DNA from: Klebsormidium nitens
Lineage: Eukaryota > Plantae > Klebsormidiophyceae
DNA length: 64,000 bases
Assembly: GCA_000708835.1 (NCBI GenBank)
Contig: DF237016.1
Location: forward strand, 1 to 64,000
Direction: 5' to 3'
Shown: positions 38,801-49,047 of the stretch, piece after piece
Numbering within the stretch: the stretch's first letter is position 1
Layout: each line of letters opens with the position of its first letter
Made by a program: the position numbers and the translations under genes
Notes under the pieces: generated by a model
What the model saw: only the letters and a program-made list of their open reading frames with translations
The model's database searches: none
Told to the model about the DNA's origin: nothing

Positions 38801-40383
38801 CCCTTCTCCACAGTGTCTGCCAGCAAAGTGTACAGCTTCCTGGATACAGCACGGACAGAGGCATCAGCAGGAGGCACCGTGCCCAGCTTCCCTTGGGATA
38901 GCGGCTTGCTACTTTTGCTGGGCACCATGAGTTGTGTCTCTCAGCCTCATGCCCTTCTTGCAGATGCATTGGTGGCGTGCGTACAGAAACTTGAAACAGC
39001 CCCCTTAAACATATTCAATCACTTTGAGGATCCTAATGCAGGCGTTCAGATCTTCACCTCGACAAAAGTTAGAGGAGTTCGAAGCAAACACGCTCTTGTC
39101 AGAGTTCGGAGATTGGCCTAACCGCCTGATAGGCGTGTGCCAAGACCTGTCCAGCTGGACATAGCCAGGCCTAATCCCAGCACCATCATTCCAGCCAGAA
39201 CACAGATTGATTCCAGTTTCAGTCTGAAACAGAGATATATGAATCTCAAAACATGAGAAGAAACACTAGCTCACTTCTGGTGTGCTACAAACTCCTCCAT
39301 GCCTGCCGCCCGCCCCTCCCGATCCCCTGTACTCCACCCATCCAAGCCAAGCAACCGCCCCTTGAGCAGTTTCATTGCAGCACTGACTGCCAACTCGTGG
39401 GCGCTCAATGGCTCCTCTCCGGCGCCGCTCGTCTGGGGGTCCTCTAGACTTCCCTCTTCATCGACTGTGCTCCTTGGAACCTCTTGTGCCTCCTCGATGT
39501 GTGGGGGTGCTGTGGGCTCGTCTATGGCAACTGGGCTCTGAGGCACTTCCATGTCTTCCTCCGCAACAGGGCTTTCTGCTGTCTCCGGCCCTTGCTCGTT
39601 AGCCCCTCGTCCTTGCACCACCTTTCGTACTGTGTCTGTTTCAAGGGCAGTAGTCTGTCCCTCCTCACTAGTCCCTGGGATAGCCCTTGTCTCCTTACTT
39701 CCAGTCTCCGGACTTCCAACATCACCTGACTTGGCTCCAACATCCTTTTCCCGTTGACGCTCCCGTGCCTTTTTGCCAGATGCAAAACCCCTCTCAACAG
39801 CCTCCAGATACAGCGGGTGGTAGTCCCGCTGCCGCTTCCCTTTCCTTCTCCCGCTGCCTTCCGGCGTTGTTTGATCAGCTGGCGGCGACCCAAATAAACG
39901 TGCCTGCTCTTGGCTGGCCTGAGATGCGCCAATGCAGACAGGGTGGAGGGTCTCTGGAGTCCGCAGGTCAATTTCTGCCATCTGGCGCGCCACGGTGGCC
40001 GCGCCTATCGGATTTGCGCCCCGAAACTTTCTGCCGCGGAGGGGAGGGGTTTCTGCGGAGCCGCCTGTATTGCTCTGTTTTTGGGCAGACCCGGAAGCGC
40101 CCCGAAGACTTCTCCTTTCTGGGGTGATGTTCAAGGAGTCCTCTGCAGATTCATCCTTGTTCCTAGTCTCCTTCTTGTTTACACCAGCAACTCTTATCTG
40201 CTCCATCTCTGCCATGTCGCTCTCATTCCCATTGGACAGCTTTGATGCAGATTCACCGCCAGCCTGCTGGCCCCTTCTAGCGGCCTGCCTCATCTGTTTT
40301 GCATTCAGCTCGCACGCCCGCAGGATGTCTGCAGACTCGTGTACCGAGAGCACCTGCTGGCCATCCCTTCTGGTCTTCGTCAT
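32804..40383 (-). CDS. ORC4: Origin recognition complex subunit 4 (AAA+ and winged helix) with long N-terminal extension; last short exon not located
   Basis: Spliced motifs: MKLLKGRL, NVSALLLGPRGGGKS (Walker A, ~38760), VRLNGLVHADE, EIARQLC, VIFVLDEFDLFAQ (Walker B, ~36640), KQTLLYNLLDA, DADELLEKRVRSRFSHR, LSVLELYLLIAMKRLE, YNFNMVF, AFQHLVGRELV, EFRPMKLLVTAAEI. First exon 39275-40383 joins the Walker-A exon in phase (AA|G). The 3' end lies below 32804 but is unresolved. Confidence 0.92.
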
Positions 40384-40711
40384 CCTGAGCAGACTCAATG
40401 GTGGTGAGCGGATCCTCCAGATGCGCGAAGAAAATTGTTCAAGTGATACAATGCTGGACGGAATGACAATGTGAAATTGCAAAGAAGCCTGGGCAGTGGG
40501 ATTCTGGGAAGTTAGCCTGCCCGGACTCGGAGGGGCGCCCACTGATCACCGTCTGTTTCAACACACCGAGTTTGTGTGTTTTGGCGCGAAAATGGAACGA
40601 ATGACGTCGAATCTCGAAAGCATCACAAACCGACCACGGCAGAAACGCAGGGGGCGGCACTGCAGACTCCGGAGCGAGGGCCCGGGGATTCCGCATTTGG
40701 CGCCGCCCTTC

Positions 40712-40719
40712 TGACGTCA
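40712..40719. promoter_or_regulatory. TGACGTCA palindrome, followed by CGCCATTTT and ATTGG (reverse CCAAT), in the ORC4/KH-gene divergent promoter
   Basis: Exact motifs within about 30 bp, between two head-to-head genes. Confidence 0.4.
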
Positions 40720-40914
40720 GTAGGCGCCATTTTCATTGGCCCAGCTCCCTTCCTTAGACTCTAGATAGAGTTCCTCAAGTAGAGTTCGACTCCGAGGGGC
40801 GCTTGGGTCGGCACAAACATTGAAACAAGCCCTGAAACAAGTCTTCAGGTTGCGCTGACAAGTCAGCAACTGGCGCGAGCAGGCGGCTTTGAATGGTTGG
40901 CCTTGCCTACAAAA

Positions 40915-43900
40915 ATGTGAGTTGGGCAATGTGGCCATTAATTCCGTGCAGTCGTGTCACGGGCGTTAGATCATGGCTCCTGAAGATTGTGCTGTGAGGA
41001 AGAAAAGAAAGGTAGTGTAGTATTGGAGAAGAGAGCTCCAGTCTTTCATTTGCCTGATGTATCTTAGAGATCCGGGCGTGCTGCTTCGATCTGAGTTGAA
41101 AAGTGTTAACATATGTAGCCCTTGTTCAAGCACTGGACTGCCGTGCCCTCTGGTTTTGACAACTTTGGTCCAGTATGTTCTTGCTTTGTGTCACTCACAG
41201 CAAGCAGTCACGTTGTGCCTATCCCTGATTACGGTGGTGGCTTTGCACAATAGTCCCGTGAGTGAGCAGCTTTCTTTTACCTTTTTGTATGTCACTCATG
41301 TGTTGTGGTGGCTGTGCATGACGTGTCTTTTTCCATATATGTATCACTATTTTCCAAAGCTGCCTGGTGCTGATGGGTGCCGGTTGCTGTATCCTAGGGG
41401 AGACTATCGGAGGGAGCACGATTGGCGGGACGACAGGGCCCACAAGCGCCGCCGAGAGGACCCGTTGGCATGCCATAACTGCGGAGAGAGGGGCCACTTA
41501 GCAAAGGTCAGACTGCTCTTCCATTCAGGGAAATTTCTGCTATCTGTGGATGTTAATGTTCAATCAAGACGCGTTCTTGGTGCTCATCTTAAAGTGGCAG
41601 GAGAAGCGGTAAGCACCATTCATTGTGGAACCCAAGAGTTGGTGGTTTCTGTACCGAGCATCCCAACGGGGAGCAAACTTGCTGTTTCCTGCTCTGATCA
41701 AATTGCTTTGTGACAAGCAATTGCTGAATTTGAGTGGTGTACTTTATGGGTTGGTATAAAGTACGGCAACAGAATGTAAGAGCTATAAGAAAGGGTGAGC
41801 CTCTTCACTTTGAGAAGGTGAGCTTTTTTCGAACAGGCATTCTAACATGAGGTACACTGCACCCCATGCTAACATATCCTTGCAACCCCGTCCTTAAGTT
41901 TGAAGGGGAGGGTCCATCTGATTTTTCTGCCTTCATTGCAAAGTGGTTCTTCTGGCAGCAGCCCACGGAGTTGCGAAGGCACTACGGAGACCAGGACTCT
42001 TGGAGTTTGGGAGCTTTCCAAAGCTGCTATGCCAAGTCAGATATGTCCAATGTTGCGCAAGTTCGAGGCCATGCGGCACAGCATCACCGAGGGCGAATGC
42101 TACAAGAGGCTGAAGAGTGAGGTCAGGTCTGACCTGCCTAACTTGGTAAAACCCGTCTGTTTTTCGCACAACGTTGGAATCACTTGCACGAAAATGACCT
42201 CGGCCTTCAACAGCGTTGGTGGAGAGAGGTACAATCGGCACCCCATCAAATATTTCTTGAATTCACCTTTTCCTTGGCTCCTGAATGTGGGTGAGGCTTT
42301 GCAGGACTGCCTGAGCACGCACGGTAAGGAGATTAAAGACAAGGTCTTGGTCAAGGACCGGCGCTTCAAGCCGCGGGTTATCGGCACAGGCGGGGGGGTG
42401 ATCAAGGGCCTCGAGCAGGAGCTGGGGGTAAGGTTAAAGGTAGAGGACGTGGTTAGGGACGATCCTGATCAAGGGTTCTACGTGCGCATCTCGGGACCCG
42501 GCCTGGACGAAGTTTGCAGGTGGGTTTGCTGCTGGGTTTGGACAACAATGGTTCGTTTCTAGTAAGGGTTTGTGAAAGGCTCTTCAGATGCGGCGGCAGG
42601 TGGGTGGGTGCCGATTGGGTCTGTATTCTGCCTTCATTTTGCGCGACAACTCCGCTGGAAGGCAAGTTGAGTGATGGATTTTAAGAACGTGGGCGTTTGG
42701 TTTCCGTGACAACCTGCTTGGGCAGTTTCACCATCGTGATTACAGAGGCGACTAGTATGCCTGGTTTCGTTGGGTAAGACTCGGACTTGCTCGACAAACT
42801 TGTTATGTTTGCCGTCTGGGTTGAATAGAGTGAAGGTGAGTCGGTCTTATCATCAATCTCTTCCAAGCTTTTCCCTTCTATGAAGGCACGTATTTTGCAG
42901 ATTTTGCGCGGGTATTCTCTTCGTCTTTTCTCCTAGTCGAAAAGCGGCATCATTTTCAACGTAGGAGCTCTGCCCAGGTGGGATGAGCGATTCAACGAGA
43001 GCAACGATACAGGACCTGTTGTTGCTTGACATGTCGACCAAGGCGGGATCTACAATAGTTGGAGCATCGACATGACTCCGACGTCATAACCTCGAATCGT
43101 TGTCTGTACCTTACTATCTTTTCCTACAAGGCAATAGCAGGTTTGGAAGAGCCTTGTTACTTTGACGCCCCGAAGACACGAACTCTTTGCAGCAGCTCTT
43201 TCCGCTTTTTCATCTAGTTCCACACTTTCCCTTTCCAGGGCTGTGACTCGGCTGGAGAAACTAGTGGCGGAGGTCGAAGCAGAGCAGCGCGGGTTCGAGG
43301 AGCGCCGCGCGCAGTACCAGCAGCAGTTGACAGACACTCCTGCCGTCCCGGCAACTCTCACCCCGGAAGCAGCCCCGCAGCCGCTTGGAGTGGCGCTCAA
43401 TGCGGCCCTCCAGGCCAGCGGAGCGCTCCCCGGGCGGCAGCAGTTCCAGTCCGGGGGGGTGGTGCCCCAGCGGTTTGGCGGGGGGGGTGCGCAGCGCCCG
43501 AGCGGGATGACGAGCCTCCGGCATGAGTACGCTGCAGCGATGAATGCAGGACAGGGTATCGGAGCTGGTCAGGTCCAAGGGGTGTACGACTACGGCATGG
43601 CGAACCTCAGCCAAGGGGGCGATCAGAGTGCAATCCTAGGTCGGACTTCGGATCAGGGGGCTAGCTTCGGCCAGGGGTTGGCTCCGGATCCGGGGCCGAG
43701 TGTCATTCAGGGGATGGCCTCAGGGCTGACTTCTCATGGAGGGGGAAACTACAACCAGGGGCCTGTTCCGGATCAAAACGTCACTTACAATCAGGGGGTT
43801 GCTCCGAACTACGCAATGGCCGGCAACCAGGGGGCGACGCAAAGTCTAGGGGCGAAGGCTGGCCAACGGTTCCAGTTCGATCAGGCGGGAACAGCTGCGG

Positions 43901-44937
43901 AGCAGAACATGGAGATGAGCCCCGACAGAAAAGATACGTCAGGTGCAGGGACGCCACCTGTCGCCGTCGGAAGCATTCAGCAGCCCGCTAACCCCGCTAA
44001 CCTCGGAATCCACAGCGTTAGCCCGAATTACCCCACCGCGCCCGTAGGAAGCGCTGCGATGAATGGGCCGGGGCTCGGAGGAGCTGGGTATCCGGGGACG
44101 TTCTTGTACGGAGACGTGCAAAGTTACCCGGAGCAGGGGGCCCAAGGCGGGGGGGCTGCGACGACGCTAGACGAACTAGAGACGCGGAATATTGCCGAGT
44201 ATCTCGAGTTGGCGAAGCAGCAAATGTTCGAAGAGGACGAGGAGATCAACCGGCATCGACAGGTGAGGCGCTCGGCGGTTTCGATTGTGTATGGTCGGAT
44301 TGGCGAAGGACCTAGACGGATGGTGGATATTGGTGTGCTGGGCTTCGGCCAGATGCGTCTGGGTTGAGCATAAAGCCCAGCCTTTGTTTCAGGCACGTCA
44401 GCGAATTGGCAGCCAGTTGTCACCCCTGTTTGACATTGTGCTGTGCAGTTTCGCGTGCTTCTTTCTCCCGCGCATTTCCAAAAAGCTCCTTCTTTCTGTC
44501 ATCGTGCAAAGGTGCTGACAACACGGCTCGTTTCTAATCCCCTAATCTTCATAGTCACGAAGTCCGGTGGTGACAGAACACGACGTAAGCAGCGGTCGTC
44601 TCGTCCTTTGCGTCCTGACCATTAGTACCGCATTCTGCAGCGGATGCGCGAGATCCAGGACTACTTCCAGCTGCGCCTCTCGTCGCTCCGGCAAAAGCAG
44701 TCGCAGCAGCGGGAAACGTTTCTCATCCTGGAGACACAGCAGCGCCCTCAACAACAGCTCCAGCAGTTTCAGCCGACCAGGGGAGGGAATGGATCTGTGA
44801 ACCCGCAGCAAAGCCAAGATAAGCCGCTGAGTCTGGGGCTGTCTGGTCAGTATGGGCTGGGCAACTCATCCTGGGGCCCAAATGCGGACGTTGGGGCTTC
44901 TGGAGTCGAGGGAAGGCAAGGTTATGGGAGTATCTAG
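40915..44937 (+). CDS. CCHC zinc-knuckle + KH-domain RNA-binding protein with C-terminal coiled coil (~575 aa; resembles Arabidopsis AT3G62330 from memory)
   Basis: Exons 40915-40916, 41398-41506, 42041-42121, 42305-42519, 43239-44262 and 44641-44937 are phase-consistent. CHNCGERGHLAK|IC fits CX2CX4HX4C. KH GxxG loop PRVIGTGGGVIKGLEQELGVRLKV. C-terminus LDELE..EEDEEINRHRQRMREIQDYF. The exon-3 acceptor is the least certain. Confidence 0.8.
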
Positions 44938-46302
44938 TTCAGGCGGACAGCGAGCTTCGAGTACGGTTGGAAGCTGCATCTGAGCTACATCGGGGCAGCC
45001 ATAAGACAAAGCAGCGGTAGTCGAGGTCTATGATGAGCACTTTAGGGCGAGCCTTGAAAGGCTCTTGCAATCGCCCTACTTTAAGTAGGTAGCCATATCG
45101 TAAGTACAAGTGCTCCTGTTAACGAACAACGTTCCTACTATGCGGAGGTGGTGCAAATCGATCAAATACAGTCTGCATCAAATATCGTTTGAGAACAAAT
45201 CATCGTCCGCAGCCATACCTTGAAAGTCGCCTCAGTGTTGCATACCAATTCAGTCCAAAGTGAACGTTGCCAGTCGATTGGATTCAAGATTCATACTTAT
45301 TACGGTACATGTGTTTGGCCGCCATATGTTTCAAACGCATGTTGGTGACACTTGCAATTTCTCGATCAGAATGATGTGATCCATGCAGTCTTGTGCCTGC
45401 ATGCCAGTGAATTAAGGAACAGCTGCCAAAGCTGTATAAACCGTCAAACGCTGGAGTCGCCTGATCTGCCGCGATCGCCTGATCTTGGATGATGATGCAT
45501 GCGCGCCTGGCCCTGAAGCCACACTAGCTCTCGATTGATAATCGTAATGCATGTGTTGGCAACCATATGCATGGAACGATCGTAAGTACGGTCCAATTGG
45601 TGAAGCTAGGTGCATTAAGACTAACGCGCCACATGAGCTAATTCTCAGATCCGACCTGAGTCAGAACTTCAGGCCTCGATTCCATTTGTGATCTCGAGCC
45701 AATTCATGCAACCCAGCAGTGAAGTTGGAACCCGGCAGCAGGCTACCGTACAACACCGCGGATCCTGCCCCGACTCGACATGGCCCTGACACTGATGCAA
45801 TCAAGTCGCTACCTAAACCATTCGCGCCGGCAATACGTGCGAGCTTCGAAGCGATCCAAAACTAGGCATGCTCGCCGCGAGATTGTTCATTGGTCAGCTG
45901 GCGACGAGAGAAGAGGAAAACGGCATGTGTATTGCACGAAGTCCTCCGGGCGATCAAGCGGGTCCGTGCACTCAGTTCCGGTTAGGTTCTGCAGCATGAT
46001 CTTAGGTCAGTCGTGTCTGGTCAGCTTAATGATTGATGGCACCTAGATCTCGATTAGCTTCTGATCTGGGGTCAAAGGACAGAAGTGCGACTTCGTGTAC
46101 CTAAAACATCTTTATCTTTGCATGAATTCTTCATCATTTCTCTATATCTCGGACACTGAGTGACGAATACAGATTCACATGAGCTAAGGAAGCCACTCTA
46201 ACACCCAGTTCCAGCAAGCTAGTACAGTCCCATCTCAGCCGCACGGATCGCCTCTTATCTACCCGTGGCCTTTTTCTGCATATCTGCAGGATCCGTTCCA
46301 TG

Positions 46303-47370
46303 TCATGTGAAGAATATCCTGCTATGTATACGCTGCCCTCTCGCAAACGTGCAATAAATGTTCCATGAATTATTTGGCAAGTGGACGCGCACGCGTGCAT
46401 GGATCTCGAGCGCGCAACTGCACCAGCCCAGCAAAGATCTGTCCAGCCAAGTATCACCTGATCCTCTGTGTCCGTAGACGAAGTCCTCTAGATCGGAAAG
46501 CCGTGCTAGAAAGTTCCAGTTGTACCCCGGACTACGTGTACCGTGACGAAACGCTGTCCACCCGCCCCACGAGATCAGTTCTGCGCGGCTCTCCCAGGTT
46601 TGAACCGTCAGGGAGGTGAGCTTTACAAATTTCCCCAGCATGTCAAGGGCCTCACGCCGTGCTTGGAGCTCTTTCGGACACCAGACCCAAGCGAAATCGA
46701 TCCGTAGTTGCTCCAGCCGTTCTGACGGTCTGACCGTCTTCAGAAAGTGGTTCAGATCCAGAGCCTGGTCATCGATATGAAGCTTCTTGAGGCAAGGAGC
46801 GTGGTCGACGATCTGAGCCATGTCTGCTGCAAAATCCATTCTGTCTTGGCCTACAAAACCAACGACAGTCAGGTCCACGAGTTTGGAGGCCGTGAGTCGA
46901 GTGGACAAAAGCAGACCGCCAATCGAGCTTTGGATCCTCTCCATGTTGGCAGCTGTCGTCACGCTGTCCGAAATCGAGTGACGCGTTTGCTTCCGGGGGA
47001 TGCCTCGGATGCTCACTTTTCTCCACTCGACGAGGGGTATAACATCCTTCCAGATTGTCGCCACTGTTTGCGTCCATTTGGCTGGCCCGAGAGTCACTCT
47101 CAAGGTCTCCAGCTTGGGTTGGCGCTGCACGACTCCTGCAAGAAAGTCGGCGGGACCCGTTCTCGTCTTCCTCCATGCCACGTGGAGGGTCGTGACGTAG
47201 GCTTGGCAGAATTGCCGCCAGTTTCTGTTCACCGCCCTGATACTGCGAAGCCAAGACGCCCTGATGCCCGCCACCTTCAATGGAGCGCATTGGACAGCTG
47301 CCTTCAGTATCCTCCATTGCACGTCCTCTGGGAGATCTTCCAGCGTTGTCAGTATCCCCTCCTGCTCCAT
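46303..47370 (-). CDS. Apparently intronless F-box-like / RNI-LRR-like protein
   Basis: Uninterrupted ORF of ~355 aa from the ATG at 47370. N-terminus LEDLPEDVQWRIL...LRSIRAVNRNWR fits the F-box pattern, followed by LxxLxL repeats (LETLRV, LKKLHI, LEQLRI, LTSLTV). Confidence 0.62.
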   Translation of the reverse strand: MEQEGILTTLEDLPEDVQWRILKAAVQCAPLKVAGIRASWLRSIRAVNRNWRQFCQAYVTTLHVAWRKTRTGPADFLAGVVQRQPKLETLRVTLGPAKWTQTVATIWKDVIPLVEWRKVSIRGIPRKQTRHSISDSVTTAANMERIQSSIGGLLLSTRLTASKLVDLTVVGFVGQDRMDFAADMAQIVDHAPCLKKLHIDDQALDLNHFLKTVRPSERLEQLRIDFAWVWCPKELQARREALDMLGKFVKLTSLTVQTWESRAELISWGGWTAFRHGTRSPGYNWNFLARLSDLEDFVYGHRGSGDTWLDRSLLGWCSCALEIHARVRVHLPNNSWNIYCTFARGQRIHSRIFFT

Positions 47371-47941
47371 CTCGCTCACTAAGCGGCGATCAAGCAAGAC
47401 TTTGTGTTTGTTCAAACAGAGTGTCTTCTCGTGGATTGAAGTTTGCCATGCTTTGTATACTCAGACTGCCCTCATACTGCCCTACCCGTGGTGACGTTCG
47501 GTAACGTCCCGCTCATGACGACGCGAAAGTCACCAGTAACCCGACTGCACACAGCGAAAGCAAACGGCGCCGAGCAAACCGTTGGGCCCTGACTAGCTGT
47601 CACTAGAACTTACACTCGAATAAAATCACTGGGCTCTGCCAAGGCTCCTTTACTTAGTTACTTCGTTTGACTTCGAATCTATAAGGCCGTCCAAGTAGAA
47701 TTGTTCTGCTGGTCTGTTGATTGGTTTTAGCTTCTGTTAGTCGGTCTTTGAATGCAATGCTCTGGGGCCGCTCTGGCGCCACCCCGGCGCCACACTCATC
47801 TGCCGCCCACGTCAGGCCGCCTTCGTTTGGGCTTCGTACGTCTCGACCAATCAGTGAGGTCTATTTTCCCGAGCCGGCCAGCTATCAGCTGCAATCATTT
47901 TGTTGCTGTCGCATAGGTACTCTTTCTTTTCTGAGCAATGA

Positions 47942-47949
47942 TGACGTCA
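47942..47949. promoter_or_regulatory. TGACGTCA palindrome in the F-box/UK-CYTH divergent promoter, with a CCAAT box nearby (GACCAATCA, ~47845)
   Basis: Exact motifs between head-to-head genes. Confidence 0.35.
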
Positions 47950-49047
47950 GACACATGGGGCGGGCGCCGTTCTCACCGTTCAACGCCAGCGCAATGGAAC
48001 TAGGCTTGGCCGATTTTACAGTGGCGCCATTATCGCCTAGTGTTTCCGACCAGACGTTTTCGAAAACGCTGGACAATTTGCAACTGGCAAAATGGATATC
48101 GACTATAGCTGCATTCCGCGTGCTTATGGAATCGTTCGTCGAAAATCGTTACACAGCCGGTAACGACAGCTTGTCGTTGTATAACTAGAGGCGAGCCACA
48201 TGCTGACCTGGAGTTTGGCCCAGCACAGGAAAACTTGGCGGTCAGGCTGCGGCTGTGCTCAGTCATTTGCAGCTGGCGCATTCTTCATGAGTTCTGCTGG
48301 CATGTTCTCAGACAAGTTCGCTGTTCCACCGCCCTCAGGCTCAGGGCCATGTGCATTTTGTCCCTTGTTGCTCCTTTCCGGTGGAGCTACGAGAATTGCA
48401 ACTTATTAGGAAGAGGGACACCTTCCTAAGTTTGATGAGCACAAGCAGCGCGGTCGATGGAACGTCTTTGGAGCTCTGACACGGCATCGCAAGAGAGTAC
48501 AGAAAGTGCGTATAGGATCCTTGAGCTAGTCGAGCCATAACACCGAAAAAACATTTTGCCTTGAATACTTTGTGGAGAAGCCCCGGGCATTTGCAGTCCC
48601 TATATCCATTTTGAGCTGACGGCACTTGAATGCAGCAGGGTTTATCTTTGGGTGTGCGTCTGCACTTCTCTGAATCTTGTTTTTGCAGTTGAAACCCTTT
48701 TAACTTATAAGCTGGTTCACTTCTTTTCAAGCAGGAATTATCTCAAGGGGCAGAAAGGGGTCACCGTATTTTTAAAAGCAACTGCAGCATTGAGCCAATC
48801 CCAGGTTTGGAACTGAATGCTTTTCTTGAGAAAAGTTCAAGTGCATAAGTTGCAAAGTGGCCTTCTTTGTGCAGGTTGAAAAGGGCTTGAAAAGTTCTGC
48901 ATGTCACCCAGCGCACCACTCAGCAGTCAGCTCAACGCAGACTACGACTTTCCAATACTTTGCAGCCATTTTGCTGCATACTGAAAGTCAGTACACCTTG
49001 TCTGTTTTGCAGGTCACGAAGGGAGTGGAAGCTTTCAGATTGTCAGC

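Noticed and set aside
40775-40810. GTTCGACTCC resembling a tRNA T-loop or B-box
   Set aside because: No acceptor, D or anticodon stems and no A-box could be folded around it.
40973-41017. ATG at 40973 (MAPEDCAVRKKRK) as start of the KH gene
   Set aside because: Its donor is phase 0 but the next exon needs phase 2; the split AT|G model fits better.
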